Shown here piece after piece: positions 23,301-32,996 of a DNA stretch of 64,000 nucleotides. The notes below the pieces were generated by a model that saw only the letters and a list, made by a program, of their open reading frames with translations, did no database searches and was not told the DNA's origin. The stretch is taken from the NCBI GenBank assembly GCA_963921275.4, contig OZ001293.3:96001-160000 (forward strand), read 5' to 3'. The translations under genes and the position numbers were made by a program. The stretch comes from an uncultured Hormoscilla sp. (GTDB lineage: Bacteria > Cyanobacteriota > Cyanobacteriia > Cyanobacteriales > Desertifilaceae). Within the stretch, counting starts at the first letter, position 1; each line of letters begins with the position of its first letter.

Positions 23301-23782
23301 GCGGCCAACTTACTCGGGTTGTTCGCCTTCTGCCAAAACTCCTCCTCACTTTCTGCCAAACGATAGGTTTCCAGTTTAACCGGTTGCCCGTTGATATCCT
23401 GCCCCACCAAGACAAAATCCCGGTAATTGGTAACTAATACTTGACGATATTTTTGCCAATACTTAGAAACCTGCTTGCTGTCAGCAACCAACCAGGCATC
23501 ATCTCCGGTGCCTTTTACTTCTATGACACCCCGTTCGGGATTTTCTGGTTCTGTGGGAGTTTCCGACTGCCGTTTAAACTGACGGGCGCTAAACAACCCA
23601 CCATCGGGCATCCCCGCCCCCTGATTTTTTAACTGCATGACACAGCGAACCTTGGGTTTGAGGGAGTCGCCAATTTCCGAAAGCAGTTTTTCTAAGGCCC
23701 CATAGTAAGAAGTCTCTTTAACTGCGGCCCCCGTGGCGCGAATGTCCCTCAGATCGCTAATATAGCTTTTAACTGGTTCCAT
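20330..23782 (-). CDS. Fused restriction-modification enzyme (Type IIG/IIL with Type ISP-like C-terminal specificity domain)
   Basis: N-terminal PD..EVK nuclease; GVWYTPPEVV; LDPCCGTGAY; GNPPY; C-terminal IGGYQVIKKWLSYR; no helicase domain. Confidence 0.88.
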   Translation of the reverse strand: MEPVKSYISDLRDIRATGAAVKETSYYGALEKLLSEIGDSLKPKVRCVMQLKNQGAGMPDGGLFSARQFKRQSETPTEPENPERGVIEVKGTGDDAWLVADSKQVSKYWQKYRQVLVTNYRDFVLVGQDINGQPVKLETYRLAESEEEFWQKANNPSKLAAEQAEQFTEYLKRVMLQSAAIATPKDVAWFLASYAKDARSRIEKTELPALKQIRQALEEALGVSFEGKKGDGLKGDRFFKSALIQTLFYGIFSAWVLWHKQNKQGKFDWKKAALDLHVPTIKALFEKVATPTKLGKLDLVEVLDWTGDALNRVDTEAFFSQFEEGRAVQYFYEPFLEAFDPKLRKDLGVWYTPPEVVEYMVERVDGVLREELEISDGLADPNVYILDPCCGTGAYLVEVLKRINATLEEKGLGALVGFQLKAAAKNRVFGFEILTAPFVVAHLQLGLLLQNLGVPLSPSERVGVYLTNALTGWEPPTEEAKVRYKQLSLNFPELGEEKDAADEVKRGKPILVVLGNPPYNAYAGVSPKEEEGLVDIYKEGLIKDWGIKKFNLDDLYVRFFRLAEYCITEIEPKKGVVCYISNFSYLGDPSYVVMRQRFLREFDRLWFDCLNGSSRETGKLTPEGKPDPSVFSTEYNREGIRVGTEIALMVRKEQRQDKPMVRFRHFWGVNKREDLVQSLNADGFNDSYDRCNPTFNNRYSFRFSEVEEPYYEWQKLTEFCAIAPSNGLMEKRGRALIDIDRDALEQRMRAYLDPELSWDNYAALNYGLVKLRASFEPKVVRRNALLQGQFLPERLVRYALRPFEVRWCYYTSVSGVWNSSRPSLWKQCWLGNSFLMTRPAGVVSLEGCPFFFTRLLGDNDFLRGHAYYFPLQLMNGARLRPKEQLSLLDLLPEKPEVDRPFANLSEAARNYLAGLGFPNPDEDRETALLIWMHSLAIGYSPAYLAENADGIRQDWPRIPLPDNRETLLASAQLGHQIAALLDTETPTPGVTSGKIRPEFRAVAVVSRVGGGNLNPKEFAVTACWGSRNKNGITRPGKGKIAQRLYSPEERKAMGEATGQLGEDTRDVYLNDVAYWQNIPARVWDYTIGGYQVIKKWLSYREKCLLGRPLEVSEVQEVTNMARRIGAILLLEPELDANYEAVKRSPYQWRS

Positions 23783-23831
23783 AGTTTGTCCCTAGAAAAT
23801 TAATACCAATTTCTTCTGTAGTTCTCTCGTT

Positions 23832-24015
23832 CCTGGGAACGGTCTTCTGAGGATCCTGCCTCAATTTATTTAATCCGGGCTTCTTCAATTCTATCATATT
23901 TCTATATAATCAACATCCTTCTCTCATTCCCAGGTTCTACCTGGGAACGGTCTTCTGAGGATCCTGCCTCAATTTATTTAATCTGAGCTTCTTCAATTCT
24001 ATCATATTATCTATA
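23832..24015. repeat. Direct repeat with 108-bp period
   Basis: cctgggaacggtcttctgaggatcctgcctcaatttatttaatc at 23832 and 23940. Confidence 0.8.
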
Positions 24016-24096
24016 TTCAACCTTCTCGATCTTTTGGTAGCTTCACAGAATGTCGAACCGCTGGTGAATATCGTACCAGCAAAAGTGAAATGCAAT

Positions 24097-24726
24097 CTAC
24101 ACTTCATCTTTCTTAACGATCGCCACCAAAATTTTCATTAAATCTTCCAAGTCATTTGGCACGCGATATAAGTTCAAATCTTGGGTAATTTGTTTCTTCT
24201 CCCGTGCCAAAAACCCAAACTGCCAAATATTGCCAATGGAAACCGCACCATAGAGACGTTCACTTTCTGGTTGCTGACCTTGGGCGATCGCCTTATCGAT
24301 CGCAATTAACTCAACCCCCAATTGAGTAAACCCCCGTTGTAAATTTTCATCCTTCGCTTCTATCACCAATAAATGATTCTGAGATTGTAAATAGTAATCT
24401 AACGCACCTTTTAACTGGTCGTTTACTGCTAAAGGATAACTCACCTTGACTTTCACGCGAGTATAATGGATCAAATCCATTAAAACTGGTGCAATCAAAA
24501 ACTCTCGGCGTGCTGCTTCGCTGTCTAATGTAACCAGCGGTAAACTTTCTTCGATCCGCTGACGTAAACTCTCTAATCTGTCTAGCTGACCTTGAGATTG
24601 AGGAAGTGTTACCGCTTCTGCTTGGAAACTATATCCAAAATATGCGAAAATATCTTCCCTGTAATAATTGAGCTTGCTGTAATCAGAAAATGTATAAGAT
24701 TGGCCTAGTTCTATAGCTTTTGTCAC
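24097..24726 (-). CDS. Conserved cyanobacterial protein, PD-(D/E)XK-like
   Basis: EAARREFLIAPVL, LDY...VIEAK, YGAVSIGNIWQFG. Confidence 0.7.
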   Translation of the reverse strand: MTKAIELGQSYTFSDYSKLNYYREDIFAYFGYSFQAEAVTLPQSQGQLDRLESLRQRIEESLPLVTLDSEAARREFLIAPVLMDLIHYTRVKVKVSYPLAVNDQLKGALDYYLQSQNHLLVIEAKDENLQRGFTQLGVELIAIDKAIAQGQQPESERLYGAVSIGNIWQFGFLAREKKQITQDLNLYRVPNDLEDLMKILVAIVKKDEV

Positions 24727-24795
24727 GATCGCCTCCTGGTGATATTGGGAATTGTTGACAGAGGGGCGATGGGGCGATCGCCCCCCAGAGGATCG

Positions 24796-25182
24796 TTATT
24801 CCTTCAATTGTGCCAGCATTGCAGCTTCATCCCAGTAAGAGGATAGCTTTTGAATCTTACCTTCAGAATTCATTTCAAAAACAGTAATCCCCTCAGCGCT
24901 AGCAGCCCTGCCATTTTTAGCGATCGCCCGCATCGTCCATTTAGCCGCCGCCCCATTGCCAGCGATAAAGATATTATCTGGCGATACTTCCAGCCGATCG
25001 TAAAATTTCGACAACAGCGAGAAGAACTTCTCTCCATCTGCATGGGCATTCATCGGCGGTTTGTCAACCGGGTCACAAATTACAGCATCATCAGCAAAGC
25101 TTTCCATCCAGCCCGCTGCATTCATCGCTGCCATGTTATTATAATAGGCAACTACAACTTTTTCAATTGCTTCTTTCGACAT
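24796..25182 (-). CDS. NTF2/SnoaL-like (ketosteroid isomerase-like) protein
   Basis: FADDAVICDP, EGITVFEMNSEGKI. Confidence 0.85.
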   Translation of the reverse strand: MSKEAIEKVVVAYYNNMAAMNAAGWMESFADDAVICDPVDKPPMNAHADGEKFFSLLSKFYDRLEVSPDNIFIAGNGAAAKWTMRAIAKNGRAASAEGITVFEMNSEGKIQKLSSYWDEAAMLAQLKE

Positions 25183-25212
25183 CTGCAATCATCCTTCTAA
25201 CTTGAAAATCAC

Positions 25213-25478
25213 GTTCGTAGTGAGGACTTTATTCCTCTCCCGCGAGTTAGGGAGATAAGGACTAAAGTCCTTACTACGAACCTTATTACGAACCTGGCGA
25301 GATAAGGACTAAAGTCCTTACTACGAACCTTATTACGAACCTGGCGAGATAAGGACTTTAGTCCTTACTACGAACCTTACTACGAACCTGGCGAGATAAG
25401 GACTTTAGTCCTTACTACGAACCTTACTACGAACCTGGCGAGATAAGGACTTTAGTCCTTACTACGAACCTTACTACT
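25213..25478. repeat. REP tandem array: five 47-bp units plus one inverted copy
   Basis: gagataaggac(taa/ttt)agtccttactacgaacc... at 25252, 25299, 25346, 25393 and 25440. Confidence 0.9.
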
Positions 25479-26943
25479 TATCCGCTTGTAAACTCGCAAA
25501 AAGTTCCTGCCAGTTTGCCGAGGCAGCGCCATCTGTCTCCTTCACCTCAAAGGTAACATTATATGCCTGGGGTTGGCAGATCGCCTGTAAGCAGAGTTCA
25601 GCGATATCTTCCCGACTGATTTGACCTTTAATATTGTCCCCTTGGTCAAGCATCAGTGCTTTACCACCCTCCTTTTCCGTCAGGGCACAAGGTCTGATAA
25701 TCATATAGGGAATACCACTAGCGCGAATAGCATCTTCTCCCCGGAGTTTCCAGGTAAGAATTCCTCCCAACTGATCGTTCATTCTCACAGCGGGTGGTTC
25801 TTCCTCTAGATTAATCCCAGGTCGGCCCGGACGAGTCACCCCAGCGGAACTAATCTGAATAAACTGTGGTTTAACAGCACCGCCATAGGCTTTAATCGAT
25901 TCCACTTGCAAAGCAAAACCACCAGGAGTAAAATGGGGATTAAGTCCGCCATCGTACTCAAACTTACTCAACATCAACTGGCAAGCGTAAATGCTGCTAA
26001 GCTCCAGTTTAGCATCGGACACAGTTTTAGCCCGAAACACCGGAATAAATTCATCGAAGGGAATTCTCACAGTTATCCAGCGGTTAGGTTCCGTATCGAA
26101 AGAATAGCTAAAACCAATCCCATCCCATTTCCCCTCGCTGCGCAGAATAAATTTATAGCGCTTGCCATCCCCCTTGACCCGCAACTCCACGCCAGTGTAA
26201 CCTGTCAGGTTGAGGGGAATCTCGAAGTTTTTGGTTCTCACCGACGCAAAACCACCAGAATTAGCAGTTGAGACATTTCCCGCGAACGCAGCACCCTCTG
26301 ATATAAGTCTAATTTCACTTGCACTCACTCCACCCATCACCACATCATCCACTGCACCCCAGGTTTCCTTCAAATCAGCAGATGGGTTAGTGAAGTCAAA
26401 GATGACTTTTTCGTCAGCTTTCGGCAGATATCTGCCCGCAACTTGCACCAAATTAGCAATTCCCTGATAGTCCACAATTTCTGGACTATCAACAACTTCT
26501 GGCATATAGAACTTGATGCCTTGATAGTATTTTTCCCGAGTCTGGGTGTCACCTTCAACGGGTTGCACCCTCATCCCAGTACAGCAGATAACTGCCCTGA
26601 CGTCAAGCATCATTTCGGCAGTCAAGGTTTCTGGGATAGTGATATCTCCTTCAAAGAGTTCCACTTTATCCCCCAACATCTCCCTGGCCCTGCTAACATC
26701 TCTAACTAAGGCCCGCACTGGGTAATGGCGATCGACCAGACGTCTGACAACACGTTTACCGACCCCGCCAGTAGCACCAGCTACCAGAATTACACCCATT
26801 TTTTGCTCTCCAGATGATTTATATTGATTATCCCCCATCACAGCTTTAATTAAGCGCTGTATGCAGCCAAAAAAGGGAATTACATCGAAATATGCCAGAG
26901 TTTGTACGAACCTGCTAGCATCCCACCAAGCACGATTTGTCAC
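25474..26943 (-). CDS. NAD(P)-binding protein with a CIA30 domain
   Basis: GATGGVG Rossmann motif; DDVVMGGVS, GGFASVR, LMLSKFEYDG. Confidence 0.9.
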   Translation of the reverse strand: MTNRAWWDASRFVQTLAYFDVIPFFGCIQRLIKAVMGDNQYKSSGEQKMGVILVAGATGGVGKRVVRRLVDRHYPVRALVRDVSRAREMLGDKVELFEGDITIPETLTAEMMLDVRAVICCTGMRVQPVEGDTQTREKYYQGIKFYMPEVVDSPEIVDYQGIANLVQVAGRYLPKADEKVIFDFTNPSADLKETWGAVDDVVMGGVSASEIRLISEGAAFAGNVSTANSGGFASVRTKNFEIPLNLTGYTGVELRVKGDGKRYKFILRSEGKWDGIGFSYSFDTEPNRWITVRIPFDEFIPVFRAKTVSDAKLELSSIYACQLMLSKFEYDGGLNPHFTPGGFALQVESIKAYGGAVKPQFIQISSAGVTRPGRPGINLEEEPPAVRMNDQLGGILTWKLRGEDAIRASGIPYMIIRPCALTEKEGGKALMLDQGDNIKGQISREDIAELCLQAICQPQAYNVTFEVKETDGAASANWQELFASLQADK

Positions 26944-26991
26944 ATTCTTTCTCCTTATGCTTTTCAATTTATTATAGCCTATTGTTTAATT

Positions 26992-27310
26992 TTATAGTGG
27001 ATGCCAGCCAGCGATAACCCACTGGCTCCTGACCGTGACAGCAATGCTATTGTTAAGTTGTAATGCTGCAACTGTCGCTCTACCGCAGGCTGTTAGCCCG
27101 ATTATTTCCGTGCCATCCTCACTCCAGGTAAAATGGCGAAACCACTGCTGACTGCGAGGATTAAATAGCGGCACAAGTCGATTACTTACTCGATCGCGTC
27201 CGTGGGTTTGAGTTCCTTTGTAGCTATTGCAAAGACGACAGGCAAGCCATAGGTTGTCCTCATCGTCGGTGCCACCCCGTGCTATAGGAATAATATGCTC
27301 AATTCTCAAT
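26992..27310 (-). pseudogene. HNH endonuclease, N-terminally truncated
   Basis: EHIIPIARGG...NLWLACRLCN; lacks the first CxxC. Confidence 0.7.
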
Positions 27311-27317
27311 TCTTCCA

Positions 27318-27905
27318 TTATCCCCTCTTCAAAGGAATTTCCACAATCAACTCCGTACCCTTCCCAGAGTTGAAACACACTTCAGCTGACCGCCATGTTT
27401 TTCCACTACAATCTGATAACTAATCGCCAAACCAATGCCAGTCCCCTTACCTATCGGCTTAGTAGTAAAAAACGGGTCAAACAGCTTCGACTGCACTACT
27501 TCGGGAATACCAGGGCCATTATCTGCCACTCCGATAATCACATTAGGCATTTCCGATTCTGTCTTTGACAGTCCCGTGCGAATAGTAATCTGACTCTGGT
27601 TAGCCCTCTGTTCGGCCAAGGAACGATTTTGGTTATACTCTTCCAAGGCATCGATCGCATTAGCTAGCAGATTCATAAACACCTGATTCAGCTGACCCGC
27701 GTAACATTCCACCTTGGGCAAATTACCATATTTCTTGAGTACCTGAATTCCCAGGCGATCGGACTTAGCTTTCAGTCGGTTCCCTAAAATAAGTAATGTG
27801 CTATCTATGCCCTCATGAATATCCACCGACTTCATTTCGGCTTCATCCACCCGCGAGAAATTGCGCAAGGACTTGATAATTTCGCGGATGCGTTCTGCCC
27901 CCAAC
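27318..27905 (-). pseudogene. Histidine kinase HATPase fragment
   Basis: [36 protein letters not shown]; no H-box. Confidence 0.85.
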
Positions 27906-28178
27906 TTCTTGGAATGCCCAATCAGTCGGTCGCACATCCCGCAATTGAGAAACTGAGGTTATTTGTCCCATTGAGTTGGGATACCGACCTGGATTGCCTG
28001 ATCGCAGCAGTTGGTCTAAGATTGGGGTAGGTACAGCCTGTGCCACTATCCTTTCCCTTCGCCCCATTACTGGCTGTGGTACTGTTTCTCCAACTATAGC
28101 CCCATTCGATACAGCTATTACTGCTCCTACAACTGCTGGAGAGCCCAGCAATAATGATTTCCACAATATTTTTGACAT
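27905..28178 (-). pseudogene. N-terminal fragment of an SLH-domain porin (SomA/iron-uptake porin family)
   Basis: Signal peptide plus SMGQITSVSQLRDVRPTDWAFQ, then fused to kinase DNA. Confidence 0.85.
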
Positions 28179-28326
28179 GCGATCGTTCTCCTCACACCTG
28201 AAACATCTACAGAAAGATTCCTAACTTCTTCTGCAAATCTTACCATCTTTGCAAACAGCAATTTCCACCTCTAGCTGCAGTAAGGGGGTGGTAGCAATTT
28301 CGTTTCCGTCTAGTTGTTTGCAGTTT

Positions 28327-28608
28327 TTACTCGATCTGGGAAATCACTTTTGCCAGATCGAAATCTTTTTGAGTTAAACCACCCGCATCATGGGTTGTCA
28401 AGTTAATTGTGACTTTGTTGTAGGAAATTGAGATATCTGGGTGATGGTTCGCCGCTTCCGCTGGTTCTACCAGTTTATTCACAAAGGCGATCGCCTCGAC
28501 AAAATTCTTGAGCTTCTTTATCCGACGCAGTGATTTCCCGTCTAATTCCCAGTCAGTCAGCGAAGATAATTTTTCTTTTATCGATGTCTCGTTTAATAAC
28601 AAACTCAT
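28327..28608 (-). CDS. Pterin-4a-carbinolamine dehydratase
   Basis: AEAANHHPDI, TTHDAGGLT. Confidence 0.92.
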   Translation of the reverse strand: MSLLLNETSIKEKLSSLTDWELDGKSLRRIKKLKNFVEAIAFVNKLVEPAEAANHHPDISISYNKVTINLTTHDAGGLTQKDFDLAKVISQIE

Positions 28609-28825
28609 GTCAACTACTCCTACTTCCTGCCAACTGGATTATATTTATCTATTTAAAATACTATCCGCTCTCACGCTAAGTTGAAATAGCCGCAGCTATA
28701 ACACTTATCGGAGTGAGAGCGGTGTAGCGGGTCAACAAGGTTAGCACCTGACTGCCGGGAGGAACTCCCCGCCAGTCTTGTCATGGCCAGAGTCGATGCT
28801 CCAACCAGGGATGACAAACTGGCTG

Positions 28826-28897
28826 TTAGAGAACAGCCCCGGCACACAGCCTGCATTTACCAACCTGATGACCCATGCATTTACTACTATCAATCAT
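28826..28897 (-). CDS. Putative 23-aa Cys-rich small ORF (MIDSSKCMGHQVGKCRLCAGAVL)
   Basis: Extended SD AAAGGAGGTGAT 5 nt before the ATG; lies within nested hairpins. Confidence 0.45.
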   Translation of the reverse strand: MIDSSKCMGHQVGKCRLCAGAVL

Positions 28898-29007
28898 GGG
28901 CATCACCTCCTTTCTCCCTGAACGGTTTCATTTTCACCGGTTGCATGCAAGCGCCAAGCAGCTTTACTTACCATAGCACAGTTTGCAGAAATAGGACAGC
29001 AAAGCTG

Positions 29008-29039
29008 AAAAAAAATACCCCTGCCCAGAGGCAGGGGTA
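29008..29039 (-). terminator. Rho-independent terminator downstream of psbD
   Basis: tacccctgcc-N4-ggcaggggta stem followed by a T-run on the minus strand. Confidence 0.8.
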
Positions 29040-29092
29040 AAATTTACCCTAAGTCCAAAGACTTATCTTGGGTAGAAACTACCGCGAAAGTT

Positions 29093-30151
29093 TTACAGAG
29101 CATTACCGCGAGGCAGAACTTCCTCAGGGAATTGGAAGAACTGATGAGGCTGGTCAGCCGGAGCCATCCAAGCCCGCATGCCTTCGTTGAGGAGGATGTT
29201 CTTGGTGTAGAAGGTTTCAAACTCTGGGTCTTCAGCAGCCCGCAACTCTTGGGATACGAAGTCGTAAGCCCGCAGGTTTAACGCTAATCCCACAACGCCC
29301 ACAGCGCTCATCCACAAACCGGTGACCGGCACAAACAACATGAAGAAGTGCAGCCACCGCTTGTTGGAGAAGGCGATGCCGAAGATTTGGGACCAGAAGC
29401 GGTTAGCCGTCACCATACTGTAGGTTTCTTCCGCTTGGGTGGGGTTGAAGGCTCGGAAAGTGTTGGCTTGCTCGGAGTCTTCAAATAGAGTGTTCTCAAC
29501 AGTAGCTCCGTGGATGGCACAGAGTAAAGCTCCGCCTAGAACACCGGCTACTCCCATCATGTGGAAGGGGTTCAAAGTCCAGTTGTGGAAGCCTTGCAAG
29601 AACAGGATGAAGCGGAAGATGCCAGCGACTCCGAAGCTGGGGGCAAAGAACCAGCCGCTTTGACCCAAGGGGTACATCAGGAAGACGCTGACGAAGACCG
29701 CGATCGGGGCCGAAAAGGCGATCGCATTGTAAGGACGGATGCCGACGACGCGGGAAATTTCAAATTGGCGCAGCATGAAACCGATCAGTGCGAAAGCTCC
29801 GTGCAGGGCGACAAATGTCCACAAACCACCCAGTTGGCACCAGCGGGTGAAGTCCCCGTTCGCTTCTGGACCCCAGAGGAACAGCAGGGAATGTCCTAGA
29901 CTGTTGGGGGGGGTTGAAACCGCCACCGTCAGGAAGTTGCAGCCTTCCAGGTAGGAGCTAGCCAACCCGTGGGTGTACCAGCTAGTGACGAAGGTGGTGC
30001 CAGTCAGCCAGCCACCAATTGACAGGTAAGCGCAGGGGAACAATAATATTCCCGACCAACCGATGAATACAAACCGATCGCGCTTGAGCCAGTCATCGAG
30101 GACATCAAACCATCCTCTTTCGCTGGTCGCGCTTCCTACTAATGTTGTCAC
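29093..30151 (-). CDS. psbD: Photosystem II D2 protein, monocistronic copy
   Basis: 352 aa from a GTG start; [11 protein letters not shown]...[10 protein letters not shown]; no psbC downstream. Confidence 0.97.
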   Translation of the reverse strand: MTTLVGSATSERGWFDVLDDWLKRDRFVFIGWSGILLFPCAYLSIGGWLTGTTFVTSWYTHGLASSYLEGCNFLTVAVSTPPNSLGHSLLFLWGPEANGDFTRWCQLGGLWTFVALHGAFALIGFMLRQFEISRVVGIRPYNAIAFSAPIAVFVSVFLMYPLGQSGWFFAPSFGVAGIFRFILFLQGFHNWTLNPFHMMGVAGVLGGALLCAIHGATVENTLFEDSEQANTFRAFNPTQAEETYSMVTANRFWSQIFGIAFSNKRWLHFFMLFVPVTGLWMSAVGVVGLALNLRAYDFVSQELRAAEDPEFETFYTKNILLNEGMRAWMAPADQPHQFFQFPEEVLPRGNAL

Positions 30152-30417
30152 GACGCTTTTCTCCAAATTGGTATGATTACAGTAGTCAGTAACATCCCCT
30201 GCCAGTTCTCGCCCCTGCTTTTCCTTAGCAGAAAACGAGTCTGACTGTGAGGAAAGTTTACTTTTCTTTACTATACACTCATTATAGAGAGAATTTTAGG
30301 GATTTGCCATCCCCCAAAAAAATTTTTTCCGCCATTACACCGGCAGCAAGGGTAGAGATCGAGTAGAGCGCTATGAGATACTAGTAGATATTGTACCTGT
30401 GACATGATTGACCGCTT

Positions 30418-30702
30418 ATGTACGAGATCGACGTGACCTTGAAGCAAAATCCCTTGTCCCTATCGGTGGAGCGCAAGTCGGTGGAAGAGGCGGAAGCCTT
30501 GTATAAACAGATTCTGGAGGCATTGCGTTCCGGCAGCGATGTGCTCCTGGAGTTGACCTGCGACCGGCAGACAAACAAGAAAATCGGCATCCTCGTCAGT
30601 GAGATTTCAGCGGTGCAGATGGCGGAAAAATCCAGCACTGCCGCCGGTTCTGGCAGACCACCTGGTTTCTTTGCTGTCACAGATCTGGCTAATGGAGAGT
30701 AG
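30418..30702 (+). CDS. Conserved cyanobacterial hypothetical protein
   Basis: LELTCDRQ...GRPPGF; divergent from psbD. Confidence 0.75.
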   Translation: MYEIDVTLKQNPLSLSVERKSVEEAEALYKQILEALRSGSDVLLELTCDRQTNKKIGILVSEISAVQMAEKSSTAAGSGRPPGFFAVTDLANGE

Positions 30703-31381
30703 CGCCGGTTCCTGGAGAGCAGCTCCTGCCATTCGGGTGCAGGATTTAGTCTTCAGTTGGCCTAAGGGATCTCCAGTCTTAAATAATTGTTCTCTGGATG
30801 TGCCCAAGGGCAGTTTCTGGATGCTCTTGGGGATAAATGGCAGTGGGAAATCGACTTTACTCAGATTGGTGGCCGGACTGTTGCATCCCCAATCCGGTCA
30901 AATTCAGGTCTCAAAACCAGTAGGATTTGTGTTCCAAAACCCGGACCACCAGCTCGTGATGCCCACCGTGGGAGCAGATGTGGCTTTTGGCCTAGTGGCA
31001 GAAAATCTATCGCCGGAGGTGACCAGACGGCGGGTGGCAGAGGCGCTCAATGCCGTTAATTTACTCCACTTGCAACGACGCCCGATTTACGCCCTCAGCG
31101 GGGGTCAAAAGCAACGGGTGGCGATCGCAGGTGCGATCGCCCGCCATTGTGAAGTGTTGCTCTTAGATGAACCGACGGCCCTACTGGATCCGGACTCTCA
31201 GTTATATCTAGTATCTCTTGTCCGAGAGTTGGTTAAAAGTCGCGGTCTGACTGCTCTATGGGTAACGCACCGCGTCGAGGAACTGAATTATTGTGATGGT
31301 GCTTTCTTATTGGAGGCAGGTCAAGTTGTAGATTTTGGCTCACCAGAACGATGGCGACGGCGCTTGCTCATTGAACAGTAA
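30692..31381 (+). CDS. ECF/CbiO-type ABC ATPase
   Basis: GINGSGKST, FQNPDHQL, LSGGQKQR, LLLDEPT. Confidence 0.9.
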   Translation: MESSAGSWRAAPAIRVQDLVFSWPKGSPVLNNCSLDVPKGSFWMLLGINGSGKSTLLRLVAGLLHPQSGQIQVSKPVGFVFQNPDHQLVMPTVGADVAFGLVAENLSPEVTRRRVAEALNAVNLLHLQRRPIYALSGGQKQRVAIAGAIARHCEVLLLDEPTALLDPDSQLYLVSLVRELVKSRGLTALWVTHRVEELNYCDGAFLLEAGQVVDFGSPERWRRRLLIEQ

Positions 31382-31415
31382 ACAGTTATCAGCGACCAGG
31401 TACCAGGACCACCAG

Positions 31416-31600
31416 TGAAACCCGGTTTCTAGTCCTTGGTGTAGGCACGATCGTCCCCTTGTGGCAAGAAACCGGGTTTCTGCGATCGCCTAGCAGTCTT
31501 TACCCAAGGTGATCAGAAACCCGGTTTCTGGTACCGTAGGCGCGTGAGCCCCCTTGTGGCAAGAAACGGGTTTCCCGAGATCTAAGAGTCTTTACCCAAG
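31416..31600. repeat. Duplicated GAAACCCGGTTTC / GAAACCGGGTTTC hairpin units
   Basis: Two ~95-100-bp units, each ending agtctttaccca. Confidence 0.65.
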
Positions 31601-31759
31601 AAGGTGTCACGATGTGATGCCAGTCACAATTGTTTGATTGCGCAGCGCGGCGCCAGCCTTGCCCAGCCATGGATACAGCTTGCCTTTCGTGGCGAGTCCG
31701 TCTCGATGGTCAACACCAGTGCCAGCAGGAGGCGATCGCTATTAATAAGGTATCACGAT

Positions 31760-31832
31760 GCGAGCAATAAGGTTACAGACTGCGAGCAATAAGGTTACAG
31801 ACTGCGAGCAATAAGGTTACAGACTGCGAGCA
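31760..31832. repeat. 22-bp tandem repeat, ~3.3 copies
   Basis: gcgagcaataaggttacagact. Confidence 0.85.
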
Positions 31833-31860
31833 CCTCGCAGAGTGCGATTGCCTCGCAGCA

Positions 31861-32395
31861 TTAAGAAACCCGGTCACTCCCAGAGCTGATCAGTGTACCC
31901 CTGTTATTCACCGTCCCTCCTCTGAATGGATAGGAACTAACATCGGTGAAGGAAAGTTGGGAGTAGGTGAGACCTTCGGTGAGAGCGATCAGATCGGTCG
32001 TACTTCCTAGGGTGAAGTCTTCAATGACGTTCAAACCTGAATGCCCAATGACGAAAGTGTCTTTTCCAGGGCCACCGAAGAGAAGGTCATCCCCTGACTC
32101 ACCCGCAAGCAGGTCATCTCCAGAGCCACCTAACAACCGGTCATTATCGTCTCCACCCAAGAGACTGTCATTTCCCCCAAAGCCTTTCAAGGTGTCGTTT
32201 CCTCCATCCCCGGCGATCCAATCGTTGCCCACATTCAGATTCACAGGGTAGTCAGGTCCTTGAGTCAGGGAAACCTTATCACTCCTGGTGATGGCATCAT
32301 CTTCATTGCCCCCAATGATTACCGTGCCATCTATACCTGCCACCTTCGCCACCAACAGAGTGGCTTTGATAATGCCCCGATAACCACCAGCCCCA
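31861..32395 (-). pseudogene. Orphan RTX-tail copy 4 of the 923-aa protein, 3'-truncated
   Basis: Near-identical to the corresponding part of 36252-36826; ends at a gaaacccggt repeat. Confidence 0.85.
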
Positions 32396-32456
32396 CCAAG
32401 CCCACTCTACTAAAGATTTTTATTTCACTGTCTAGGTACGTGGTAACTGATAACTG

Positions 32457-32912
32457 CTAACTGTTTCCGCTCCTTTTCGCTATGAAGGCAATGTAAATAG
32501 CAAAGGCTATAAGTACTCCGTGGTAGGCAAGTCTAGCAATAAAAAAGAAAGAATAATTTACATTTCCTATATAGCCAAGATTACCATATCTTCCAGGTTT
32601 TCCTGCCAAAATAGTCTCATAGAAGTAGCCCCCCTTGGCGCCATCGCCGTTGTCTCCCACATTAAACAGTATGGCAACAATCAGAGTAATCACCATCAAC
32701 TTTAGGTAAGTCCAAAGTGATTCCATGGGGATGTAGGCTCCGGCTCTGAAAAAGCAGCCAATTAGAGGAATCAAGGGAGGAACTAAGAAGAGAGGGGTGC
32801 TATATATATGAATTAAAGCAGACCATCCTTCAGATGCGAACAACAAGAGAACCCAGTTACCAGTAGAGTAGATTAGCAATAGAAAAGCAATAAGTAATAA
32901 ATTGACCTGCAT
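32457..32912 (-). CDS. 4-TM membrane protein, paralog D (candidate immunity/receptor)
   Basis: Intact; SD GAAAGGAG; paralogous to three other copies. Confidence 0.85.
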   Translation of the reverse strand: MQVNLLLIAFLLLIYSTGNWVLLLFASEGWSALIHIYSTPLFLVPPLIPLIGCFFRAGAYIPMESLWTYLKLMVITLIVAILFNVGDNGDGAKGGYFYETILAGKPGRYGNLGYIGNVNYSFFFIARLAYHGVLIAFAIYIAFIAKRSGNS

Positions 32913-32996
32913 ATTTAACTCCTTTCAATTCAGCTTTATCTTTAATAAGAAGGGTAGGGGTAAGGCTAACCTCAGCCCCTACACAACCCTCTATAA

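Noticed and set aside
25252..25478. CRISPR array (also considered for 40617-41061 and 49925-50045)
   Set aside because: Units are head-to-tail with no unique spacers, and there are no cas genes in the window
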